Source: Minicystis rosea (GTDB lineage: Bacteria > Myxococcota_A > Polyangia > Polyangiales > Polyangiaceae). Taken from it: a stretch of 32,000 nucleotides of DNA. Below the pieces are notes generated by a model that searched no databases, was not told the origin of the DNA, and saw nothing but the letters and a program-made list of their open reading frames with translations. The number at the start of each line of letters is the position of its first letter. Position 1 is the first letter of the stretch. The position numbers and the translations under genes are program-made. Positions 1 through 7,638 of this stretch are shown here, in pieces. The stretch spans positions 6,835,703 to 6,867,702 of the forward strand of contig CP016211.1 in NCBI GenBank assembly GCA_001931535.1, given 5' to 3'.

Positions 1-459
1 CTTCTCGATGATGTCGAGCCAGCTCGCCACCTCGACCGAGAGCGCGTCCAGCGGCTCCGACAGCGGCCGATCGCGCACCACCTTCTTCGCGAGGCGCGCC
101 AGGAAATGGCTGACGTCGGGGGCGCGGCCGTCGACCGTGAGATCCGCGACGCCCTTCATCAAGCCGCCGAGATGGCCCGCGTACATGCGCCACGCTTGGA
201 GCGCGTTCTTCTGCGCGAGATCGAGGCGCCCCGCGCAGGCGTTGATCTCGGCCATCGGCAACAGGCGCTCGACGTCCGCGACGCCCACGCCCGCCTGCCT
301 GGCCGTCTCCTCGACGCCGCGCTTGAGCCCGCCGTGAAGGTTGTCGGTCGAAAGCTCGGACAGCCCATTCTCGACCTTGCTCGACAGGATGCACCCGCCC
401 GCATAATTCAGCGGGCCGAGCGAGCATCGAAGGAAGGCTGCGCCGAGCTTGTTGGCCAT
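1..459 (-). CDS. hypothetical protein, N-terminal part only (ORF runs off the left edge)
   Basis: Absent from the track because no stop lies in the window. Hand translation of the minus strand from ATG 459..457 gives MANKLGAAFLRCSLGPLNYAGGCILSSKVENGLSELSTDNLHGGLKRGVEETARQAGVGVADVERLL..., apparently open to position 1 (first ~33 codons checked codon by codon, the rest read through once), with G/C-dominated third positions. No family recognised. Confidence 0.5.
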   Translation of the reverse strand, partial: MANKLGAAFLRCSLGPLNYAGGCILSSKVENGLSELSTDNLHGGLKRGVEETARQAGVGVADVERLLPMAEINACAGRLDLAQKNALQAWRMYAGHLGGLMKGVADLTVDGRAPDVSHFLARLAKKVVRDRPLSEPLDALSVEVASWLDIIEK

Positions 460-792
460 GGCTCAGGTGACCATGGTTAGCACGACTGCCCGGCACCTCG
501 AAGCGCCCCGTGCACGTATACGGTTCCTCATGGATCGCGGGCTGCGCGAGCACGTCCAGGCCATCGTCCGCACGCGCCCCACGGCGCGCGATCACGTCTG
601 CGGAAGCCCTTTTTCGCCTCGCCCAAACGCGCGCTCGCTGAGGAGCGCCGTCGCTCCCGATGCGCGCACCGAGGCCGCTCAGGTGTCGAGCGATCGCACG
701 CGGGCACGCCGCGCTCATGAAGGCCGCGTCTCCGCTCGCTCGTCGTCGGCTTCGCAGTGGAAGCGCGCGGCGCTTCGTGCGAGCTTCCGCCC

Positions 793-1335
793 ATGACTCA
801 TCCGCTCCACGACATCGTGCTCCCCGACGACCGCCGCGAGTTCTTCCCCGTCGTGGTCGAGATCCCCAAGGGATCGAAGTGCAAGTACGAGCTCGACAAG
901 AAGACGGGTCTGCTCATGCTCGACCGCGTCCTGTACTCGTCGGTCCACTACCCGGCGAACTACGGGTTCATCCCGCAGACGCACGCCGGCGACGGCGATC
1001 CGCTCGACGTCCTCGTGCTCATGCAGGAGCCGGTCGTCCCGCTCACCATCGTCCGCGCCCGCGCCATCGGCGGCTTCTTCATGCGCGACGACAAGGGCGT
1101 CGACGACAAGATCATCGCCGTCGCCGTCGACGATCCGGCCTTCTCCCATTACACCCGCAGGGATCAGCTCCCTCCCCACTTGGCCCTCGAGCTGATGCGC
1201 TTCTTCGTCGACTACAAGACGCTGGAGCACAAGCTCGCCGAGGTCGAAGAGATGTACGACGTCGACCACGCCCACGAGGTCATCGAAGAAGCCGTCGCCG
1301 GCTACCGGCAGAAGAGCGCCTGGACCAAGGGCTGA
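793..1335 (+). CDS. ppa: inorganic pyrophosphatase (family I)
   Basis: Track ORF 757..1335. The likely start is the internal ATG at 793 (MTHPLHDIV...). Family-typical motifs are present: [43 protein letters not shown]. Confidence 0.93.
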   Translation: MTHPLHDIVLPDDRREFFPVVVEIPKGSKCKYELDKKTGLLMLDRVLYSSVHYPANYGFIPQTHAGDGDPLDVLVLMQEPVVPLTIVRARAIGGFFMRDDKGVDDKIIAVAVDDPAFSHYTRRDQLPPHLALELMRFFVDYKTLEHKLAEVEEMYDVDHAHEVIEEAVAGYRQKSAWTKG

Positions 1336-1499
1336 GCCCCGCTTCGCCGACGCCCGCCGGAGGGCCTTGGAATCATCATTCATTCCGAAGGGTTGTCACC
1401 GACGGCCCCTCTCGCCGCAGCCCTTCGTGGCCCCGCGTCCTCCGCCACGCGCCGACGTTTTTCTCGATCGCTCCGCGCGAGCTCGCCTACGTTGCGCGG

Positions 1500-1973
1500 G
1501 TGCACCCCAACGCCCAGCTCATCACTGATTTCTACGCTGCATTTGCGCGCCGCGACGCCGAGGGCATGGTGGCCTGCTACGCGCCCGACGTGATCTTCTC
1601 CGATCCGGTCTTCGCTCACCTGCGCGGCGACGAGGCGCGATCGATGTGGCGCATGCTCTGCGAGCGCGGAAAGGATCTGCGCGTCGAAGCGAGCGGCATC
1701 GAGGCCGACGATCGCGAGGGCAAGGCGCACTGGGAGGCGTGGTACACGTTCTCCGCGACGGGCCAGAAGGTGCACAACATCATCGACGCCCGCTTCGTCT
1801 TCGAGGGCGGCAAGATCGCGCGCCACACCGACACCTTCGACCTCCGCCGCTGGGCCGGCATGGCGCTGGGCCTCAAGGGCAAGCTGCTCGGCTGGCTCCC
1901 GCCCGTGCAGAACGCCATCCGCAAGCAAGGCGACGCGGGTCTCCGCGCCTGGATGAAGAAGCACGGCGCATAG
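1500..1973 (+). CDS. SnoaL-like / NTF2-fold (ketosteroid isomerase-like) protein
   Basis: Only the C-terminal ~157 codons of track ORF 660..1973 look coding. The upstream part overlaps ppa out of frame. In-frame GTG at 1500. Sequence HPNAQLITDFYAAFARRDAEGMVACYAPDVIFSDPVF...HWEAWYTF...FVFEGGKIARHTDTFD is typical of the SnoaL/NTF2-like family. Confidence 0.75.
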   Translation: MHPNAQLITDFYAAFARRDAEGMVACYAPDVIFSDPVFAHLRGDEARSMWRMLCERGKDLRVEASGIEADDREGKAHWEAWYTFSATGQKVHNIIDARFVFEGGKIARHTDTFDLRRWAGMALGLKGKLLGWLPPVQNAIRKQGDAGLRAWMKKHGA

Positions 1974-2003
1974 CGCGACGGTCGAAGTCCCGCAGCACGC
2001 CGA

Positions 2004-2927
2004 TCAACGATCGCCGCGATCGCGCCGCGGCACCTCGCGCGCCGCGAGCCAAGCCTCCGGGATGCCGCGATCGTCACACGAGAGCGCGACGATCCCACCG
2101 GCGATCGCGCAGGTCGTGTCGCGATCGCCGAGCCCCGAGACCGTCGTCCAGAGCGCTTCTTCGTAGTCACCGAGGTGCTTCGCGGCGCACCACAACGCGA
2201 AGGGCACCGTGTCGGCCGACGTGATCTTGGCACCGCTGCCGAGCGACCACATCGCGACCTCCACCGGCCTGCTTGGCTCGATGCGCGCGGCGCGCTCGAG
2301 CATCTCGCGCGTCGCCGAGCTCGGGGTGCGTGCCATCACGAAATCGAGGAGCCCCGTCGTGCCGAGCGCCGCGCGATCGACGCGGAAGCGATGCGCATAA
2401 GCGGCCGCGAGCGCGGTCGCGATGGCGCCGGCCTGCCCGTCGGGATGCGCGTGCGTGACCTCGGCGGAGAGCGCGGCCTGCGTCACCACGGCGTCGAGAT
2501 CGTCGGCGAAATAGGCGCCCACAGGCGCGGCCCGCATGGCGCCGCCGTTGCCGAACGATCCCATCCCGCCGAAGGACGCGAGCGTCTCGACCCGCCACGA
2601 GGCTCCCTGGCCGAGCGCGCGCAGCAGACGGTGCGCACCGCCGCCGTACCCGCGGTTCGGCTCCCGTACGAAGCGCTGTGCGAAGGCGCGAGCGAGGGCG
2701 TCCTGATCGATGCGGCCGTGCGCGTCGAGCACGTCGACGATGGCCGTCGCCATCTCGGTGTCGTCCGTGTAGGTCCACGGCGCGGGCGGCAACACGCGCG
2801 CGTCGAGGCGCTGCTCGACGAACTCGGGCGAAACGAAGAAGCACTCGCCGAAGGCATCCCCGACGGAGAGCCCTTCGAGAGCGACGAGCGCGCGCTCCAT
2901 GCGAGCCGCGTGGTCGGTCGGGATCAT
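2004..2927 (-). CDS. ADP-ribosylglycohydrolase family protein (DraG/ARH-like)
   Basis: Track ORF 2004..2945 opens on a TTG. The first ATG is at 2927 (MIPTDHAAR...). Family-like segments: GLSVGDAFG, TDDTEMA, GSFGNGGAMRAAPVG, THAHPDG, GDRDTTCAIAGGI. Confidence 0.88.
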   Translation of the reverse strand: MIPTDHAARMERALVALEGLSVGDAFGECFFVSPEFVEQRLDARVLPPAPWTYTDDTEMATAIVDVLDAHGRIDQDALARAFAQRFVREPNRGYGGGAHRLLRALGQGASWRVETLASFGGMGSFGNGGAMRAAPVGAYFADDLDAVVTQAALSAEVTHAHPDGQAGAIATALAAAYAHRFRVDRAALGTTGLLDFVMARTPSSATREMLERAARIEPSRPVEVAMWSLGSGAKITSADTVPFALWCAAKHLGDYEEALWTTVSGLGDRDTTCAIAGGIVALSCDDRGIPEAWLAAREVPRRDRGDR

Positions 2928-2989
2928 GGGGCGAGACCATAGCAAATCGCGGTGAATCGGATGGCCACCGCTGGGTGTACGATCGCTCG

Positions 2990-3367
2990 ATGCGCCTGTC
3001 CCGCCGCGCCCGCTACGGCCTCGTCGCGCTCGGGCTCGCTGCTGCGTGGGCGCTCGTCATCCTCCTGATCGACGCGCACACCGTACGGGATGTCGTCTCC
3101 GCGCTGCTCATCATCTCCGAGCGTCCGTTCGGCGAGCTCGAAGAGCACGCCGCGCTCGGCTTCATCTTCCATTCGGCCGAGCTCGGCCTCCTGGCCTTGC
3201 TCGGGGCCACGCTGGCGGCGCCCCTCGGCATGCTCGCGCGGGCGCGGGCGCGCCACCGCCTGCGGGTGACAGGGACCGATGCGCTCGCGCCGCTGCACCA
3301 CGCGCTCGAAACGCGGCCCTTACGCCCTCCGGCGACCTCGTGCTGCAGGCGCGCGGGCGCGACGTGA
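2990..3367 (+). CDS. small membrane protein (two predicted hydrophobic helices); 3' end uncertain
   Basis: ATG at 2990 inside track ORF 2678..3367: MRLSRRARYGLVALGLAAAWALVILLIDAH...AELGLLALLGATLAAPLGMLA. Third-position G/C stays high up to about 3315, then coding-like usage moves to the +1 frame (see next feature). Confidence 0.5.
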   Translation: MRLSRRARYGLVALGLAAAWALVILLIDAHTVRDVVSALLIISERPFGELEEHAALGFIFHSAELGLLALLGATLAAPLGMLARARARHRLRVTGTDALAPLHHALETRPLRPPATSCCRRAGAT

Positions 3368-3816
3368 TCCGGCTCCAGCTCACGGGCGACGACGCCATGC
3401 GGATCGCGTCCATCGTCGCGCGCCTCGAGAGCGGCATCGATCGCGCGAAGGCGCAGGCCAGCGACGGCGCCCAGCGCTTCGCGGAGGCCGCGACCACGAA
3501 GACGCTGTCGCAGGCCGCGCACGGCCACACGGATTATCGCGGGCGCGCGATGTCGCGGGACGACCTGCTGGCCATCGTGGAGTCGCCCGCGAGCACCGCC
3601 GAGGCGCGCGCCGCCGCGGCCCACGCGCTCGGGCACGCCGTCGACGCAGTCGAGCAGGAGCGCCTCCGCGTGGCCGCCGGGCTGTGCGCGGAGCCGGCGG
3701 CGCGCGCGGTGTTGCTGCGCGTGGCGACGACGGTCGATGACGACGGCGCGATCGCCGCGGAGGACGAGGCCGCGGAGGATGCGACGCACACGGGGCGGCG
3801 GCGCGGATCGCGGTGA
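3340..3816 (+). CDS. hypothetical Ala-rich protein (possibly the continuation of 2990..3367 after a frame change)
   Basis: This is the frame of track ORF 3046..3816. Third-position G/C is high from about 3310 onward. First in-frame start is GTG at 3340 (VLQARGRDVIRLQLTGDDAMRIASIVARLESGIDRAK...). No family recognised. Confidence 0.45.
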   Translation: MLQARGRDVIRLQLTGDDAMRIASIVARLESGIDRAKAQASDGAQRFAEAATTKTLSQAAHGHTDYRGRAMSRDDLLAIVESPASTAEARAAAAHALGHAVDAVEQERLRVAAGLCAEPAARAVLLRVATTVDDDGAIAAEDEAAEDATHTGRRRGSR

Positions 3817-4025
3817 CGGACGGGAGCCTCGCGGAGCGGATCGAGAGCGGCGAGCCGGAGGGAGAGGAGAGAAACCGCGAGGGCGCAAGGGACGCAGCCG
3901 CTCCCCCGCTCCCCCGATCGCTCAGAACGTGACCGAGAAAGCCAACGTCAGGCCCGAGCGGCTCGACCTTCAAGAAGGCGAGGGTGGTTCGAGGTATGGG
4001 GGGCCCCGACGGCTCCGCCGGCGGG

Positions 4026-4049
4026 GGGAAAGGACGCGAGTCCTTTCCC
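4026..4049 (-). terminator. perfect 10-bp stem / 4-nt loop GC-rich hairpin just after the lipoprotein stop
   Basis: GGGAAAGGAC-gcga-GTCCTTTCCC at 4026..4049, 6 nt downstream of the minus-strand stop at 4055. No U-tract, which is common in high-GC genomes. Confidence 0.4.
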
Positions 4050-4054
4050 GTGAC

Positions 4055-4717
4055 TCAGTAGATCGTGAGGTCGAAGCTGCCGTTCGTGAACGCCGTCCCC
4101 ATCCCGTCGGGGCCTACCATCGTGGCGCTGAACGTGCCCTTCGCCGGCGTGCCCGAGGCGCCGATCGCCGTGACCGTCACCGAGCACTCCCCGTGCGTCG
4201 CGTCCGCCTGAAGGCCCGCGAAGGTCGCCGTGTTCACGTAGGTCATCGTCACCGACGGGTCGCTGGCGCCGGCGGGCTTGCACACGTAGGTGCCCGTCGC
4301 GAGCCCCGTGGGGTGGACGAGGTACATCGAGATGCCCTGCGTGCCGCCCGCGGGGATCGCGTGCTTGCCGGTGATGGCCAAGGTCGTCCCGCTCGTCAGC
4401 ACCGCCGCCGTGCCCAGGTCGAAGTCGGTGGGTGTGCCGCCGATGTCGACGTGGAGCCCCGGTCCCGCGCTGCTCCCGCTGCTGCTCGACGCACTGCTCG
4501 ACGAGCTGCCGGAGCCCGACGACGAGCTGCCCGTGCTCGAGGACGCGCTCGCGCTCGACGTGGAGCTGCTCGACACGCTGCTGCTGCTCGTCGCGCCCCC
4601 TCCGCCGTCCCCGCCCTCCCCGGTACCCGAGCCGCCGCCGCAGGCAGCGAGCGATGCAGTGAGGATTAATGAGGCGAGCGGAAACACGATCATTCGCATG
4701 GTGGCGGGCCCTTTCAT
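4055..4717 (-). CDS. lipoprotein with Ser/Gly-rich linker and a beta-rich C-terminal domain
   Basis: This is the frame of track ORF 4055..5251. Realistic starts are ATG 4717 (MKGPATMRMIVF...) or 4699. Signal peptide MRMIVFPLASLILTASLAAC carries the lipobox L-A-A-C. It is followed by GGGSGTGEGGDGGGG and poly-Ser, then HVDIGGTPTDFDLGTAAVLTSGTTLAITGKH... Confidence 0.8.
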   Translation of the reverse strand: MKGPATMRMIVFPLASLILTASLAACGGGSGTGEGGDGGGGATSSSSVSSSSTSSASASSSTGSSSSGSGSSSSSASSSSGSSAGPGLHVDIGGTPTDFDLGTAAVLTSGTTLAITGKHAIPAGGTQGISMYLVHPTGLATGTYVCKPAGASDPSVTMTYVNTATFAGLQADATHGECSVTVTAIGASGTPAKGTFSATMVGPDGMGTAFTNGSFDLTIY

Positions 4718-4879
4718 GGAAACGGAAGAAGAGCTCCGGCGGCTGCACGAGGCGTGCCTCCTCGGCGCCCCGGAATGGCCGCGACCCGTCACAAAGAGCT
4801 GACTCCCGCAACCGGGCGCGGTCAGAAAGATCCGACGACGCGAGCGCGGTCCGCGGCGGCATTGGCTCCCCGCCGCGGA

Positions 4880-5194
4880 ACAACGGCGCCGACATGGGGA
4901 GCAACGGCGCCGACATGGGGAGCAACCGCACCGACATGGGGAGCAACCGCACCGACATGGGAAGCAACGGCGCCGACATGGGGAGCAACCGCACCGACAT
5001 GGGGAGCAACCGCACCGACATGGGGAGCAACCGCGCCGACATGGGAAGCAACGGCGCCGACCTGAGAAGCCACCGCCCCCACCTGCGAGCCATCCGCACG
5101 GAGCTGGCAGCCATCCGCACGGAGCTGGCAGCCAACCGCACGGAGCTGGCAGCCAACCGCACGGAGCTGGCAGCCATCCGCACGGAGCCTTGGC
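4880..5194. repeat. fifteen contiguous 21-bp tandem repeat registers, in two related sub-families
   Basis: Array A (4880..~5089) has consensus GCAAC[G/C]GC[G/A]CCGACATGGGGA: eight good copies alternating GGCGCC and CGCACC variants, then two decayed copies. Array B (5090..5194) has consensus CCA[T/A]CCGCACGGAGCTGGCAG: four copies plus a partial one. All units are in one continuous 21-nt phase (4880 + 15 x 21 = 5195). The shared core is CAACCGCAC. Confidence 0.95.
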
Positions 5195-5247
5195 ACGATT
5201 TCTCGCGGCACCCATCCCTGCGCGGAGGTGCGCAAGCGTAGGAGGAA

Positions 5248-5437
5248 TCACTCACCCACGGATGGAAGCGTGACGCGCTCCGGGGCGTCGCAGCCGCGCA
5301 ACCGGAAGAACAGGCGATCCCCGCGCGCGACGACGTCGACGGTCGCCCCGGGGATCCGCTGCCAGCCCTTCAGGACGATCGGCGGAGGCCTGCGGACGAG
5401 CGCGCCCGATCCCGCGCGCCCTGCGGAACACGACACT
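5248..5437 (-). CDS. possible small protein (~62 aa), unknown function
   Basis: This is the tail of track ORF 5248..6096, which otherwise overlaps the deacetylase out of frame. In-frame GTG at 5437. Sequence VRRPPPIVLKGWQRIPGATVDVVARGDRLFFRLRGCDAPERVTLPSVGE has nearly all G/C third positions. No convincing SD and no family recognised. Confidence 0.3.
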
Positions 5438-5456
5438 CGGACGCCTGAGCACGCTC

Positions 5457-6515
5457 CTACATCACCGCGGGCAGCAGCGCGACCCGGGGCCGCGGCGGGC
5501 TGCCGAAGAGCAACCGCAGCTTGTACTCGGCGCCGGCGATCTCCATGTCCATCGAGAGCCGCGGGACGTTGAGCGCGTCGAAGCGGCCCGTGTCGCAAAG
5601 ACCGGTGCCGTTGGTGAATCCGAGCTCGAAGCGCGCGTCCTCGGGCGCGCGGCGCAGCGCGCCTTCGAGCGTGTAGCCGACGGGGTACGCCACCCCGAAG
5701 ACCTCGCCGCCGAGCGAGTCGCGGAGCGCGCTCGCCGATCGCATCAGATCGCGCCGCGCGGCGTCGGGCGTGAGCGTGTTGAGCACGAGGTGCTCGTGCG
5801 AGTGGCTCTGCACATCCATGCCCGCGTCGCGCAGCGCCCTCACCTTCTGCCAGCTCATGATGGTGCGCCGCGCGATGCGGATCTCGTCGGCCGCGGGGAT
5901 CGACACGCCCGTGCGCGCCTCCATCTCCTCGAAGAGCCGCACGAGATCGATCCCCGGCGTGCGCTTGATGGCCTGACACACGGTGCGGGCCGCGCCCTCG
6001 GGATCTTCCGCGGGCCGCAGCGAGAGCGGGCACGGGTAATCGAGCGTGACGTGGACCTCGCGGCAACGACGCATGACGAGCCACACGCGATCCCACCAGA
6101 AGAGCCTTCCCGCATCGGGAAAGGCCGTGGCGATGAAGAACGTCGCCGGCACCCCCGCGCGCCGCAGGATGGGGAGCGCGACGTCGTGCCCGTCGGCGTA
6201 GCCGTCGTCGAAGGTCACGAGCACCGGGTTGGGCGGGAGCCTCCGACCGCGGGCGAAGCGGCGCACGTCGGCGAGCGAGACCACGGTGCAGTGCGCGCGC
6301 AGCAGGTCGAGCTGCGCCGCGAGCCCCTCCGGCTCGACCTCGAAGAGGTGAGGATCGAGCTCACCGGCCGCGTCCCGCCCGCCGACGCGATGGTAGGTGA
6401 AGACGGCGAGCTCGCGCGATCCGACCCGCGCGCGCAGCCACAGCAGACGATCGAGCAAACCCACACGATCGAGCGCTTCGCCGGCGCGCGCGCGGAGGCC
6501 GAGCGGGCGCCTCAC
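5457..6515 (-). CDS. polysaccharide deacetylase (NodB homology / CE4) family protein
   Basis: Track ORF 5457..6620. I place the start at GTG 6515, which overlaps the upstream stop as GTGA. Motifs: VLVTFDDGYADGHD, GVPATFFIAT, and SHSHEH with LRDSLGGEVFGVAYPVG. Confidence 0.85.
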   Translation of the reverse strand: MRRPLGLRARAGEALDRVGLLDRLLWLRARVGSRELAVFTYHRVGGRDAAGELDPHLFEVEPEGLAAQLDLLRAHCTVVSLADVRRFARGRRLPPNPVLVTFDDGYADGHDVALPILRRAGVPATFFIATAFPDAGRLFWWDRVWLVMRRCREVHVTLDYPCPLSLRPAEDPEGAARTVCQAIKRTPGIDLVRLFEEMEARTGVSIPAADEIRIARRTIMSWQKVRALRDAGMDVQSHSHEHLVLNTLTPDAARRDLMRSASALRDSLGGEVFGVAYPVGYTLEGALRRAPEDARFELGFTNGTGLCDTGRFDALNVPRLSMDMEIAGAEYKLRLLFGSPPRPRVALLPAVM

Positions 6516-7297
6516 GACAGCCTCCGCACGAGGCCCGCGAGGCCGCGACCGAGGCGACGCCCGAAGCTCGTCGGCGCTTGCCCATCGATGAGCCCGGCAG
6601 CCACGGCCTTGGCGAAGCACGCCTCGTGATCGAAGGGCACGCGACGAAAGCGAACGAGCCCCGCGCCCGCATCGAAGATCGCGTACGACGCGCGCGGATC
6701 ACCGTCGCGGGGCTGCCCGACGCTGCCCGGGTTGACGAGGTGGTGCGATCCTTCCGAGAGCGCCATCGAATCTCCCTCCCACGACCATGGCTCCCCGCCG
6801 CGCGCTTCGTGAACCACGCTCCGGTGCGTGTGGCCGAAGAACGCGAGCCGCACGCCCCACGGCCCGTACACGAAGGCCTGCATGCTCTTCTTCACGCGCG
6901 CCGCGCTGCTCAGGTGCAGATCGGGGTTGGGCACCGGGTGCAGCGCGCCGTGGAAGATGAGAAACCGCGCGTCGACGATCCGCGTGATCGGGAGCGCCGC
7001 GAGGTACGCGCGGCTCTGCTCCGACAGCCGATCGCGCGTCCACAACACCGCCCGCCGGGCCACCTCGCCGAAGCCGTCCGGCTGGTCGAGCCCCGCCGCG
7101 ACGCGATCGTGGTTGCCGGCGATGGCCACGACGTCGTGCTCGCGGAGGAGCGCCACGCAGGCCTCGGGATCCGCGTGGTAGCCGACGAGGTCACCGAGGC
7201 ACACGAGGCGATCCACGCCCGCGGCGCGCGCGTCGGCGAGCACGGCGGAGAGCGCCTCGAGGCTCGCGTGGACATCGGAGAGGATGCCGTACTTCAC
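6512..7297 (-). CDS. metallophosphoesterase (calcineurin-like, YfcE/MJ0936-type)
   Basis: Track ORF 6512..7414. Start placed at GTG 7297 (VKYGILSDVHA), overlapping the upstream stop as GTGA. Motifs: SDVH, CLGDLVGY, AGNHD, FFGHTH, VNPGSVGQPRDGD. Confidence 0.85.
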   Translation of the reverse strand: MKYGILSDVHASLEALSAVLADARAAGVDRLVCLGDLVGYHADPEACVALLREHDVVAIAGNHDRVAAGLDQPDGFGEVARRAVLWTRDRLSEQSRAYLAALPITRIVDARFLIFHGALHPVPNPDLHLSSAARVKKSMQAFVYGPWGVRLAFFGHTHRSVVHEARGGEPWSWEGDSMALSEGSHHLVNPGSVGQPRDGDPRASYAIFDAGAGLVRFRRVPFDHEACFAKAVAAGLIDGQAPTSFGRRLGRGLAGLVRRLS

Positions 7298-7638
7298 GGT
7301 CGATCCTCGCGGCGGCGCTCGCGCAGCGCACGCGCCAGGTTGATGAAGAAGGGCGACGCGTCGTCCCACGCGAAGATGTCGTAGACCTTGGGCCCGCGCA
7401 GCGACGCGATCCATGCCGGGAACGAGAGCTCACCCGCGGGCGCGTAGTCGCGCACGAACGCGCGCATGTCGTCGGCCAGCGAGAGCCAGCGAAGCCCCGT
7501 CCGCGCAGGCCCGGCCACCTCGACGCGCGCGCCCGTGAGATCGCGGTACGCCAAGAGCGGCAGGTTCACGCCCGAGGCCGCGCCCAGGTGGTTCCACAAG
7601 CTGAAGCGCGGGTTCACCTCGAGCAGATGGAAGGCCCC
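7294..7638 (-). pseudogene. C-terminal part of the ATP-grasp enzyme, displaced into another frame by a 1-nt indel
   Basis: This is the tail of track ORF 7294..8574: AFHLLEVNPRFSLWNHLGAASGVNLPLLAYRDLTG...PKVYDIFAWDDASPFF. It continues the ATP-grasp fold exactly where ORF 7614..9773 breaks off (VKLDFKRDPRTG|). The junction is the C4 run at 7635..7638 (G4 on the coding strand). Confidence 0.7.

Noticed and set aside
660-1973. 437-aa ORF taken as one gene (similarly 16837..19140 as 767 aa, 17805..20276 as 823 aa, 10523..11800 as 425 aa)
   Set aside because: The N-terminal portions overlap other well-supported genes in a different frame and translate to Arg/Pro-rich nonsense. Only the C-terminal parts, from internal ATG/GTG starts (1500, 18355, 19182, 11021), are credible.
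3922-3969. Outer-membrane-protein-like C-terminus (...GLTLAFSVTF stop) on the minus strand
   Set aside because: The frame is open for only about 15 codons before an upstream in-frame TGA, so this is not a gene.
4880-5194. CRISPR array
   Set aside because: The 21-bp units are directly abutting with no unique spacers, and no cas genes or leader are present. This is a tandem minisatellite-like repeat, not a CRISPR.
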